From Puccinia triticina (Eukaryota), in NCBI GenBank assembly GCA_026914245.1, contig CP110439.1, positions 7,750,001 through 7,814,000 on the forward strand: a stretch of DNA of 64,000 bases, written 5' to 3'. Within the stretch, counting starts at the first letter, position 1. Each line of letters starts with the position of its first letter. Made by a program: the position numbers and the translations under genes. This document shows, one piece after another, positions 24,673 to 36,119 of this stretch. The notes below the pieces were generated by a model. That model saw only the letters and a program-made list of their open reading frames with translations. It did not search any database and was not told where the DNA came from.

Positions 24673-26412
24673 TTCCCTCTATGTACAACGTTTGGGGAAG
24701 GAAGAAGGGAAGGGGAAAAGGGAAGAGAAGGAAAAGGGGGAGTTTGCTCACCTAGCTTGGGGGAAGTCTCAGTACTTCCTTGCCAAGCTAGGAGGGGCGG
24801 GGCGGAGGAGACTAAGTGGGGTGCTTGGTGTTGGTCCGTGATACTTCCTGTGAGTACGCGGGAGTCGCGGCTCACACGGTGTGTCAGGCACAGATGTCCT
24901 GGATCCTTCAGGATGAGTTACCCCGCGTGACGCAGATATTTATTGACGATGCGGCCGTGAAGGGACCAAGGGGTGACTACGGCGGAGCGGCGTTGGTGGA
25001 AAATCCTAACATTCGCCGGTTTATCTGGGAGTACGCGGTGGCCCTGGAGCGGGTTCTGTTTTGGATTGAGGAAGCGGGCCTTATGGTTTCAGGGAAGAAG
25101 TTTGCGGTTTGCGTGCCGGCGCTGGAGTTCCTTGGGCACGAGGTGTCTCAAGACGGGTGGCGGGTCGCGGAGCCAAAGTGGAACAAGATACTGGACTGGC
25201 CAAAACCACGGACGGCGCCTCATGTTTTGTGCGCATGTTCATCAAGAGGTTTGCAGAAATTGGGAGTCTGATGCAGAGGTTGACACGCAAGAATGCGGAA
25301 TGGAACTGGACCCAAGAATGCGACAAGGCGTTTGCAATGCTGAAGGACATAGTAGGCAGAAAGATCTTGTTACAGGAACTCAACCATGATGGCGGCAGAC
25401 TCAAGTGAGTTTGGTGCAGGCGGAGTACTCACCCAGGAAGAAGACGGGAAGGATTGGCCCGTGCTGTATGAATTGTTGACGTTTACGTATGTGGAATCAC
25501 AATATTCTCAACCAAAGCTGGGACTGTGCGGAGTGGCAAAAATTGTGTGGAGATTGCAACACATACTTTGGGGCGTCTATTCCAAATTACTGGTCGATGC
25601 GGATGATCAACTGTCCGTCGTTGCCTAATGCCCCTATGACACATTGGGTGGCATTCTTGCAGTTGTTTTCTTTTGAAGTGGTGCACGTGCCAGGTAAAGC
25701 GTTCACGTTACCGGACGCGCTTTCCCGCATTCCACTGGGCAATTAAGAGGATTGATTTGCGTTGGCGGAGCAGCTGGACGTGGAGCCACAAATTCTTGAT
25801 GTGCAAAACGCTGGCAATGTGATTGTGAAGGAGGGCAGAGGCTTGCCAGTGAAGCAGACGGCTAGGTACGAGTACTTGGTGGCTTTCTTGAAGAGTCTTC
25901 GCTACCCTGCGGGAATTGGGGCGACAGTGCAGCGCTGGATCAAGCAGAAAGTGGCGAATTTCTTTGTGCATGAGGGCCAGCTGTGGCGTCGGAGCACTCC
26001 GGTGCACCTGGTGGTAGTAACGCGGCGCATTGATCAGGAGGCTGTCCTGCGGAGCTTACACAAGGAGTTGGGCCACTGAGGCAAAGCGGAAACCAAACAA
26101 CGCGTCCAGTCACAGCTTTGGTGGCCGGGTATCATGAGGAGCGTGCGGCAATTGGTTTGGAGTTGCAAGCAATGCCAAAGGCGTAGTCTGCGTCTGCCTA
26201 AAGATATTGGGAAACCTAGGGAAACGGACATGCTCTTCAGTAGGATATCCATGGACGCGGTGCACATTAAGGAAGGGAAATTCAAGTCTGCCTTGGCCAT
26301 CAAGTTATTGTATATTGTGTTTGGGGGTGTGACCAATGGGGTGAGCTGTAGTTTCACAAGACGTTTGTTCTGTGAAAGGGAGTTGAGGTGGGGATGGATG
26401 AGTCCCTAGTGA

Positions 26413-26882
26413 CAAGGGTGAAAGCGCTGCGCTTCAAAAAGCGCAGCGCAGCGTGAAGCGCAGCGGTTTTGGTGGCCGCTGCGCTGCGCTGAAAGTAGCG
26501 GCCCCGCCCGCTGCGCTACCGCTTTTTGGGTCTGGAAAGAAGCGGGGACCCGCTACTTTCAGCGGTAGCGCAGCGGAACCATTGCTGCGCTAGCGCTTTT
26601 TAAGCTGGCCGCGTAGCGCTCCCCCGCTGCCAGCCAAAAAAGCGCAGCGCAGCGCGAAGCGCAGCTTGTTTGGTGGCCGCTGCGCGGCGCTGAAAGGAGC
26701 GGCCCCGCCCGCTGCGCTACCGCTTTTTGGGTTGGGGAAAAAGCGGGGCCCCGCTATTTGCAGCGGTAGCGCAGCGGGACTGGCGCTGCGCTACCGCTTT
26801 TTGGGCTGACCGCGCAGCGGTTCTCCGCTGCGCTGCGCTAAAAGACCGCTTTTTTGTAGCGCAGCGCAGCGTTTCAGCCTTG
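26413..26882. mobile_element. Non-autonomous TIR element (470 bp) rich in GCGCT/AGCGC repeats
   Basis: TIR CAAGG(G/C)TGAAA(G)CGCTGCGCT; exact 7-bp TSD CTAGTGA at 26406-26412 and 26883-26889; internal tandem duplication of about 195 bp. Confidence 0.88.
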
Positions 26883-27044
26883 CTAGTGAGTCCCTCGGAG
26901 TCCCTACATGTAGGGCTCAAGGTCAATATTTAGGGACGGCCGTAAATTTTTGACACAAATAGCGCCCCCGGTGGGTCGGTTTGAGGTGGTAAACTCCTGA
27001 AAATTCCAACTAGGGCCCCGATTTAGGGCCCGCGGTAAAAATGC

Positions 27045-27270
27045 TTTGAGTAGCTGGATGATTTCGGCGTAGGCGTCCTTGTTGTATTTGACATACAGCT
27101 TGAAGTTGTCCTTGTCCTTCTTGGGGTTGGGAATAGCAACAGTATTATTGACGACCTTAAGATACTTAAGTTTGTGAATCTTTGCTTTGATTGGGAGAAG
27201 CCAAAGCGCATAGTTCTTGTTGGTGAGGAGGATCTTTGTTTCGCGGACGAGCAATTCCAATGACATATGA
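27045..27270 (-). pseudogene. Ty1/Copia-like gag N-terminal fragment
   Basis: ILLTNKNYALWLLPIKAKI...DAYAEIIQLL resembles the L..NY..W start of Copia gag. LTR boundaries not resolved. Confidence 0.5.
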
Positions 27271-28320
27271 GAGGAAGTTGAGGAGTGAAGGCTGCGCAAG
27301 ACTGTTAATCGTGTTGGGCTTTGAACTCAAACTGACTATACACAAGAATGAGCAATTTTGTCTTTGCTCGAGAGGGGGGGCAGTGAGGAGGAAAGCTCAC
27401 CGGATGCGGTTCTGATGGGGCGCAAGTGAGAAGAAGGAAGAACCAATGGGGGCTTGATTGCTAGTAGGAGGCTACTACTCAATGGAAAGAAAGAAAGCAT
27501 ATCACAGGATTGGTCACAACATGTCACATTCAAGGCGTGCGCAAACTTTGAGATATAATCAGTGTAACATAAAAGTATTGGTCAGGTCTACTCAGGGATC
27601 AAGGTCACAAGGAGATCAAGAAAGGAAACATGACATCAGACAAAAGACTATCAAGAGAGGGTGGAGAGCTTGGAAGTGTGTGACCAAGGAATCAATGACA
27701 TGGTGAATGAGGTAGAAGCAAGAAGACAGAAAACCAACACAGGGTGTAAGGGTCACGTGGACCCTCACTAAGAATGATGGGAAAAGGCGCTCGGGACGGG
27801 GCTTAGAAGCCGGGAACGTTTCTAGGTCCAATCAGTGGGCTGTATTTCTTTGGGGGATCTAGCCGGGAGAGATGGGAAAACAAGAATCTCTCTGTTGAGT
27901 ACAACCAGGAATAATATGAAGAGAAAGAAATAAGGAAACTCTTACCTAGCCGGGAGAGATGGGAAAACAAGAATCTCTACCGGCTAGGATGTGGACAGGA
28001 AGCGGAACTAAGTATACGGGCCGGGGAGTCTTTTGATACTCCTTGTGAAACCCTAGTGTGCGCAGGGGCTTCACAGTCTCCCCCCCCCCCCTATAAAATG
28101 GCGGGAGCGATGGACTGAAGGGAGGGAGAGAGCGACAATCTTCTGTCTGAGAGGCTGCTGTCTGGTAAGGGTTATTCCAGAAGGGGCAGATTCTTGGCAA
28201 GGCATATTGAAGGTCGTGTGGGTTGGCTTGTTGGAAATGGTCAGTGAGTCTGGAGAAGATGGAATGGGGAAAACAAAAAAGGTAGGAACAGGAAGGTGTA
28301 CCGGCATGATCATCGCCATT

Positions 28321-31300
28321 TCAATCTGAGGCGGAGGGGACAAGGTGCTTGCGGCTTGGGAGTAAAGGGGATACCTCCTCGGTGCCTGTGGCTTCTGAAG
28401 AATCGACCGGGCTATTCAAGAAGTCCAGCAGGGATTCTGGATAAGGGGTGGTGCTGGCGTCTGTGGTTTGGATGGCGGCAAAGGAAAGGAGGTCGGAGGT
28501 CGCATCTGTCTTGTTGTTGTTGGAGATGAGGGAATCTTCTTTATCTTCTTTGATGTATTGGAGTGGGTCGTCGCCGTAGTTAAGTGCCTCCGCCTCTAAG
28601 TGGCACTCAATCGCTGAGACAGAGGAAACAAAAGTATGATTGTGAGCAGGGACCTCGTTAGTGACTCCCGCGACACCGGCCAGACGGCTTGTTGGGCGAC
28701 CCGCGGTCGGGAGGGTTGGTTTGCTGTTGGCTGGCCCTTGCGCGCTGCTCCAGGCCCGTGGCGCAACATAGTCAATTGGCTTGGGAGGGGGGAATGTGCA
28801 TCTTTGTTCTGTCGGGTGGTCCGGGACACGCTCCTGCGGCGTTGCCACAGTATTGCTTACAATAATGGCATTTCCCAACGCTGTCGAGATAAGAGAAAAG
28901 TCGCCAAAGGTAAGTGTTGCTATCCCCGACGTTCTGGGGGTTTTGTACTGAAGAATAATGAGAGGAAGCAGGACGGGTGCGGGGCATGTTGACGTAAAAT
29001 TCATTCATTCGATTCTCAAAGCCGCCATAGGTGAAGGGTTTCTCTGTAAGAACTCTGAACTCCCTAGCTTTCACTTGTAAGGCCTGGGGCAATCCCAGTA
29101 CAATAAATTCCGCAAAGTCATAGTCTTCAAATGATGAGGTCTCATAATTCACTAGATTCTGGAGTGTGCGTGCGCGGTTGCTGTATTCTGGGAAGGTCTC
29201 GGAAGGAAGCATCTCGAGTCGCACAATTGAATGACGGATCTGTGCGCGCCAATCCTCAGGCAGGCAAAATTCAAAAAGTCTTGCTTTGAAGTCGTCCCAC
29301 AACTTCCCGTCGTATTTAGGCGATTCGTTTTTGTAAAAAGCTAACAGGTTTGAATCTGTGATGAGCGCCCCAAGAAGGAGGCGCTTGTTGTCCGAATGCT
29401 TAACTCCCTTAGTGGAGTAAAAATTAGTAACTCCCCACATCCAAGTGAGAAACGGTTCCACTTGTTGGATGGGGCCTTTAAACTGAGGTCCATCGGCAGT
29501 ACGAAAGCGGGTGCGATCAATCCAACCCTCTTCTAAGGCAGGCGGAGGGGTTTCTTGTTTAACTGCGACGGCTTTCTTGAGTGCGCGGATGCGCTCTCTA
29601 TCATTGCAACGTTGTTCAGCGAAGCGTTCTGCGTCCTGCCGGCGTTGCTCTTTGGACTGGACTCTGGCTCGCTCTGCTGCCAACTGGGTGTTGTGAAACT
29701 GTTTGGCGGAGGTCTGCTGTATCGCCATCAGCGCCTCGAGGTAATCTTCGAGAGTCTTGGGTGTAGGTCTGTCTTGAGGACCCGATTGATTTGAGGGGCC
29801 GCCAGGGTTCTGCATTGTATCAGAGGTGACAAGAGGGGCCGGAATCAAGGGGGTAAGGTTAGGGGATAAGTCTTGTTGGTTGAGTGTAGTAGGAAGAGGG
29901 GTCGCGGCAACGCTGCAACCAATGCAATGCAAGTATTGTGCATCGGGCTGTATCACATCAATTTGCATTGCATATACACTGCATTGGTATCGCATTGGCC
30001 CACCAATGCAATGCAGGCTTTTTGAAAAGTATGGCCAATGTGATGCACATCTTTTAGGGCTGGTGCATCGGCTTGCCTGATGCGATGCACGGGCTGATAC
30101 ATTGGCTGGTATCAGTCATACATGTCTAAATAGGGTTTAAATGGGTGTAACCCTTTCCATGTCTATCTCCGCTACTGGGGATATTGGTGTGGATATCAGT
30201 CCTCCATCCTTGGCACCCCCACCCCCCAGGCTGCCACTGACAGAAATGACATGATCTCACACATTGGCCTCTCCACGGCCATCCCGTCCACCATCCCGTC
30301 AAAGCAACCAAATCATCACAACAGTCAAGTCTCATGGAAATTACATTTGGCCGGATAATGACAGTCGACGATCGCTAGCAAAACAAACTCGAGATGACAC
30401 TACCAAATCTGACAATGACCAGAATGACAAGGATGAAGAGGCCCCAGCCACCCAGTCCAAAACCCCCTCTCAGTCCCACAGACCTCCCAAAAAATCAGCC
30501 GCTTTGCACTCATCATCTCAAGTTGTTTACAAACAAACTAAGCAAAAATCAAAAAAAAAAAAAAAAAAAAAACAGATTGTCAATGTCAACTCCTCCGAGC
30601 CCGATGCCAACATCTCCATTATGGACATGACCCAGGACTCAGACAACGTAATTCAAAGGTCAAGAAACTCAGCAAAAAGATTTGAGGTGTGGGCACGGAC
30701 GGCTTTGACAATGTGAATGATTACTTTGAGTCTCCAAAACGTGAACATGGAAAAGTAAGTCATCCCACTTTAATTTCTATTGTCATTAGAATACTATGTT
30801 AGAGAAGTTTAATGTCTATGTTTTCTGTTTGTAGCCTGATGGGCCCAAGAACCTCTACACCTGCAAATGGTGCGCAAAGGTCTATAAGAAGGGCAAAAAT
30901 ACTCAACACAACTTGAAGCTGCACCAAGACGGAAACTTGAATCAAGTGGCCTGCCCTGCAGGAAACGCTTGATCTTTTCTGGTGCAAACCTGCCAATCAC
31001 TCCGAAAGAACAAGCGGCCGCCAATAGGGAGAAGGATGTGGATTCCAGTGTCATGACAAAATTCTTAAAAACAACCTCATTCGACAACCGTACCTTGAAC
31101 CAGATTGTGGTCATGTGGCTCATCCATTCTTCCCTCCCGTGGATGCAAATCAAAGATTGACTTCTGGGGATTGCATCCGACTATGCTTGCAACGGCATCA
31201 TACCCTACTCTCGTACTTGGGCTGCGGATGAGGCGCATTGGCTGTACTTAAACTTGCAGGCCAAGGTGTTGGCCACCCTACAGGTAAGCTGACTTACTTC

Positions 31301-32802
31301 TTATTCTTCCTTTTGATGCGTTCTGACCTCCTTTTACATCTTGGATTAGTCTGTACCATCCAAAATGACCCCGATCCACAACATGTGGACAACCAAAGGC
31401 AACCGGCAAGCGTTCCTTGGGATTGCAGTGACTTATTCTACTTTGTAACAAAAAAGATGGAGGGGGATCACTCCTTGGCCGGCCTCATGATATATGAATA
31501 CAAAGTTATCAAGGATTTCCTCCGAGAACAGCTCAACTCGGTCACCGAACCCAAACTCCAACGCATGATCCGCACCATGCTATTAAAAACATCCACCTAT
31601 CTCAATGAAGCCTTGGACTGTGATGCAGTCATCCTAGCCACAATGTTAAACCCTGCCTATTGGTTATCAATCTTCCATGTTTGGTTTCCCTCTTCCAAAA
31701 CCCGCGCACAAAGAATACTCCAACATCACTACAACAAACGGAAGGCGTCATTTGAAGCTGCATTGGGCTCAAAGACAGCCTCAAGCCCTCCGGTTGAAGC
31801 CAGTACCCAGCCTGACAAACATTGTTGACCAGGACGGAACATTGATTTTTTCCCAGAGGCTGTTGAGACACCCCCGGACAACGAGTTGGCTAATTACCTT
31901 TCGGGCAAGTTCAAACTCCCAGCTGATCAAGGAGAGCAATGTCTCAAGTGGTGGAAGGTACGGTTTTTCTCTTTAATCTTAACATCCTGCTCCAGAACCC
32001 TTACTGAACAAACTACATCCTTTGTACCTATCAGGAACATCAACTCGAGTTCCCAGTCTTGGCCTCAATGGCCAAAGACTACCTTGCTTGCTCAGCCACC
32101 TCAGCAACGGTGGAATGATGCTTCTCGGCAGCCACTGATGTTTGTGGACGCGACCAAGGCAGTTTGGCTGCAAGGACAATCAAGCGAGGTGTAAGTTCAC
32201 ACCAGTGGTTGAAACAAGGATATGAAGCAGACGGCGATTTGGCTTCAGCTCAGAGGGTAGTCAACCTTGCTGCGGAAGAAGAGCAGGCCAAAAAACGCAG
32301 ACCAGCCAAAGCGGCCACTGAGAACGCTGGAAAGGGCAAAAACAAGTAGTCCCTTCCCCTATATGATGTATTTACTTTTTTTTTCTCCATTTCTTGACCT
32401 GATCCCGTCTCCCTGTCCGTTTACCTGCAACTCAAAGTTAAAAAAAAATCCCCCCCGATGCCCCAGATACTGCATCGGTATCGCATCGGCTAACCGATGC
32501 AATGCATACTTTCTGAGATCAATGTATTGGCCCAACCGATGCAATGCATTGCTATCGCATCGGCCAGCCAATGCGATGCACGATTGTGCAGATGCCATGT
32601 ATCGGCAAGCCGATGCAATGCACTGTATAGGCCGATACACGCATTGCATCGCATTGGTTGCAGCGTTGGTCGCGGTTGCTAAAGCTAATCGATTCGCTGC
32701 GGCGAGCGCGTCTCGTCTGGCCCTTTGTCGGGCTGTTCGGAGAATTTTTTCCGGGTCTGTGATGGGGAGAAGGGGGCCTGAATTGTTATTCCTTGTTGTC
32801 AT
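28321..32802 (-). pseudogene. Gag-like ORF of element E, split by the hAT insertion and frameshifted near 28800
   Basis: Starts MTTRNNNSGPLLPITDPEKILR at 32802 and resumes beyond the insertion at ~29900. Contains YLDSVGKCHYCKQYCGNAAGAC. Confidence 0.78.
29908..32668 (+). mobile_element. hAT-like DNA transposon, internally deleted copy 2
   Basis: TIR CAACGCTGCAACCAATGC; TSD GTCGCGG at 29901-29907 and 32669-32675. Near-identical to the reverse complement of 8775-11905 except for a different internal deletion. Confidence 0.92.
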
Positions 32803-32904
32803 GAGCCCCAACGGGGTTTCAAGTCTTGGGTCGGAAGGTCAGACGAAAGTCCTGGGAAGTAGGACGGAGCGGCGAGTTAAATAAAACGAGCTTGGAGATT
32901 GAGA

Positions 32905-33080
32905 TTGAGGACGACCAGCCGAGATTGCTGGAGATAGGACGACCAGCCGAGATTGCTGGGGGTAGGACGACCAGCCGAGGTTGCTGGAGATAGGACGAGG
33001 ACGACCAGCCGAGATTGCTGGAGATAGGACGACCAGCCGAGTTGCTGGAGACTGTAGGGAGACCAGCCAAGAGTGCTGGG
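32905..33080. repeat. Tandem repeat array in the leader of element E
   Basis: About six imperfect units of ggacgaccagccgagattgctggagata. Confidence 0.85.
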
Positions 33081-34332
33081 AATACGGAGACTTGGAGACC
33101 AGGCGGAGCTCCTGGAGGTTCAAAAGCGATAAGACCAGGCTTCACTGGCAGTAGGGATGGACCGGTCGATTATTTTGTCACGACAGCGGTTTTGATTGGA
33201 TCGAGAAAAAAAAAAGTGTAAGGGTCCGGTGGACCCTCACTAAGAATGATGGGAAAAGGCGCTCGGGACGGGGCTAAGAAGCCGGGAACGTTTCTAGGTC
33301 CAATCGGTGGGCTGTATTTCTTTGGGGGATCTAGCCGGGAGAGATGGGAAAACAAGAATCTCTCTGTTGAGTACAACCAGGAATAACATGAGGAGAAAGA
33401 AATAAGGAAACTCTTACCTAGCCGGGAGAGATGGGAAAACAAGAATCTCTACCGGCTAGGACGTGGACAGGAAGCGGAACTAAGCATACGGGCCGGGGAG
33501 TCTTGTGATACTCCTTGTGAAACCCTAGTGTGCGCGGGGGCTTCACACAGGGGCCTTAGCATAAAAAGGCAAGGATTATTGTCATTTCTCTCAGGCAAAT
33601 TTCACCGATAAGGCAGGGACTGAGTTAAGTGTGGGTGTGCTGCAACTCCCAGGGGCTCCGTCCGCGGCGACCCCGACCACACCATCCTCCGCCTAGTTCG
33701 CCAGACGCCTCAAAGACGCGGTGGGCCCAGCCGCCCACCGGGGCGCCCCCGGACCCTCTCGACCATCTACTTGCGTGGTGGTACCAACACACAATCAAGG
33801 GAGGAGAAACCGAGCAGCCGGCAAGATCTCTCCCCGTGTTGGATCCTCCTGGGGGCCTCACAACGGCACACATTACACACCAACAACAGCACCAAAAAAA
33901 AAAAAAACCCACGACAAGTGCAGGCAAGGAGGACATGGCCATAACAGGACCGCGAGGAAGCGAGAGGAGGACAGGTGAGGGAAGAGGCCCTGATAGTTGC
34001 ATAGCGCGACAGTGCGAGAGAAAGCGGATGCTAAACATATATATGTGTTGTGTGGATAAGGATAGATCAGGCTTGCGTGCGGGAGTAGCAGAGCACCGTC
34101 TCTGGATAGACACGCATGAGCAGAGAGCCTCTCTGAATCGTTTTTCTGGGGCGGGGAGGAGGCGCGGGTGGATAGCAGGGATCAGGGCATTAATATGGTG
34201 GGCATCGCGAGAGAGGAAAAAGAGAAAGATAGTGATAGGGGAGAAGAAGCGGCTTGGGCGGGGGCGGACGGCAAGCTTTACATGCATGTGTGTGTGTGTG
34301 TGTGAAATATATCTGAGCAGGGGTGCGGGTGG

Positions 34333-36119
34333 CTAGCTCTTCCTGCGGCCCGAGCCGCGGACTTTTTTGAAGTAGTACTGGAACACGCGCCGAGAAGTCA
34401 GCAGGCGATCGGAGCGCAAGGGGTGATGGAGAGGACGAGTACCTGTTTGGAGACGGTCTGGGTGTGCCTGACGTGTCGGACGTACGGCTGCAGGTTCAGG
34501 CGCCGCTCGTCGTCGGAGTCGTGTTGGGGCTGGTAGTACCACAGGGCTTCGAGGGGCTCGCCGGACGCGTCCTACGCACACAAAGACACGAGGGAAGCGA
34601 TGAGCGAGGCAGAAAGAGAGAGGGGGGGGGGGGGGGGGGGGGGGGGACGGACCTTGAGCCCGTCGTTGGAGACGCAGCCGAACATGCCCGAGCCGTCGGG
34701 GCGCCAATGGGCGCGAAGGGTCTCGAGGATGACGGGGCGACAAGCGAGAACGATGCGGTCGGTTTTGAAGTCGGAGGCGGGGGCGACGAAGTCGGGGGCG
34801 GGGGAGCGGTCGGAGGGCCCGGCCTCGCTGGCGGGGTAGCGGACGGGGGAGGGTTTGAAAGCGAAGGGCTTGGTATCGTCGGGCGGGGGCTCGTCGGGGG
34901 AGGGGTAGAGGGAGGGGAGCGGCGCGGAGAGACACTCGCGCTCCTTCTTGCGCCCGAGTGCGAGCTCGTCGGCGATGGAGTGGTTGAGGGGCGGGGGAGG
35001 GCGGGGGGAGTCGCGGGAGTCGAGGGGCTCGGGGAGCAGGCCGAGGACGGCTTCGGCCAGGGAGGGCTGGGTGTCGAGGACGGCGCGGATGAGCTCGGTG
35101 GTGCTGACGGTGGCCCGGGAGGAGAAGACGACGGCGGAGGCGATGAGGCCGAGCAGGTCGAGGTCCATGGCCTCCATCACGCCGCGCACGCCGCGCTCGC
35201 GCTCCTCGCCGGTCGGGGGTAGTCCGTCGGTGGTCTGCCGGTCGTAGGGGGGCGAGGGGATCGGGGAGAGACAGAGCTTCTTGGCCGGCGGCGGGCTGAT
35301 GATGGGTCGGTCGGGTGGGAGCTTGGATGTGTCTTCGACGGCCGCACTGGTGGCGGGGGACGATGAGGATGATGGCGATGAGGATGGTGATGGGTCTGGC
35401 TTACAGGGTAATGGTTGTTGCTGCTGTTTGGAGGCGGCGATGAGGGGGGAGTTTGATGAGCCGGGCAGCTTTCGTTTGCCGGCTCGGTTGGTGGTGGTGG
35501 TGGTGGTGGTGGTGGTGGTGGTAGGGGGGTGCTTGGGACTTGTGCTGCTCGGGAGGGCGTTCGGGCGTGCGCGTGCGCGCTGGAGGCTGTGGTCGTCGAT
35601 CTTGACGTAGCACTCGACCTTCTTGCCGCCGTAGAAGCCGAGCTCGATCTGCTCGCCGTCGCGGCGCTCGAGCTCGACGCCGGCGCTGGAGCCCTCCTCG
35701 AAGCGCTCGCCGTCGACCATCAGCCCGTTCTGGCCCTTGACGACGATCCGGATGTTGAGTCCGCCGAGCGGGGGGGCGATGAGCGTGCAGAGACAGTGTG
35801 TGCGGGAGGCGTGTGTGAAGGACTTGGGCAGGGTGATGGGCAGGATGGCTGTCTTGGGGGCGATCTCGCTGGCGAGCGATGGGATGTCGGGCTTGCGGCC
35901 GAAGACGAGGCAGTGTCCGGGCTGGATGGGGATGCGGATGGGGGGGGACGGGGGGCGCTTGTGCCTGGGTGGCTTGGGTGCATGGGATTGGGTGGTCGTT
36001 GGGGATGAGTGGGGGATGGGTGTTGGGCTGAGCAGCTGGGTTGCTGGGGATGAGTTGGGGGGTCGTTTGGGGGCGAGGGTGTGGGCTGGCTGGGCGAGGC
36101 GGTCGAGCGACTGGAGCAT
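34333..36119 (-). CDS. TOS4: Tos4/Plm2-like FHA-domain protein (3 exons: 36119-34653, 34571-34443, 34377-34333)
   Basis: FHA motifs FGRK...HASRTH...GQNGLMVDG. The spliced C-terminus GLK|DASGEPLEALWYYQP..DSDDERR...KQ|YYFKK matches the Tos4-family tail. Introns are GT-AG. Confidence 0.8.

Larger units (their letters stand above)
19010..24876 (-). mobile_element. Gag-only LTR element C, inserted in the RT of B
   Basis: 3' LTR 19010-19361; 5' LTR 21721-24876 split by element D. TSD CGGTG at 19005-19009 and 24877-24881. PPT on the minus strand next to 19362. Confidence 0.93.
14230..26286 (+). mobile_element. Ty3/Gypsy LTR retrotransposon B, decayed and 3'-truncated, hosting nested insertions
   Basis: Putative 5' LTR, gag with CCHC knuckle, then protease, RT, RNase H and integrase in Gypsy order. 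No 3' LTR seen. Confidence 0.85.
16744..26286 (+). pseudogene. Pol of element B (PR-RT-RH-IN), disrupted by stops and insertions
   Basis: Protease AMIDTGS. RT YGLMDVMGGYEQ, QGATN-VAV|CQAQM split by element C, and QIFIDD (~24933-24950). RNase H ADSSEFGAGGVL. Integrase LHKELGH...CKQCQ and SMDAVHIK. Confidence 0.88.
27745..33547 (-). mobile_element. Gag-only LTR element E, interrupted by hAT-like copy 2
   Basis: 331-bp LTRs 27745-28075 and 33217-33547. TSD CAGGG at 27740-27744 and 33548-33552. Poly-G PPT on the minus strand. Confidence 0.95.

Noticed and set aside
32905..33080. CRISPR-like array
   Set aside because: The units are adjacent with no unique spacers. It is a tandem repeat in a retroelement leader in a eukaryote.
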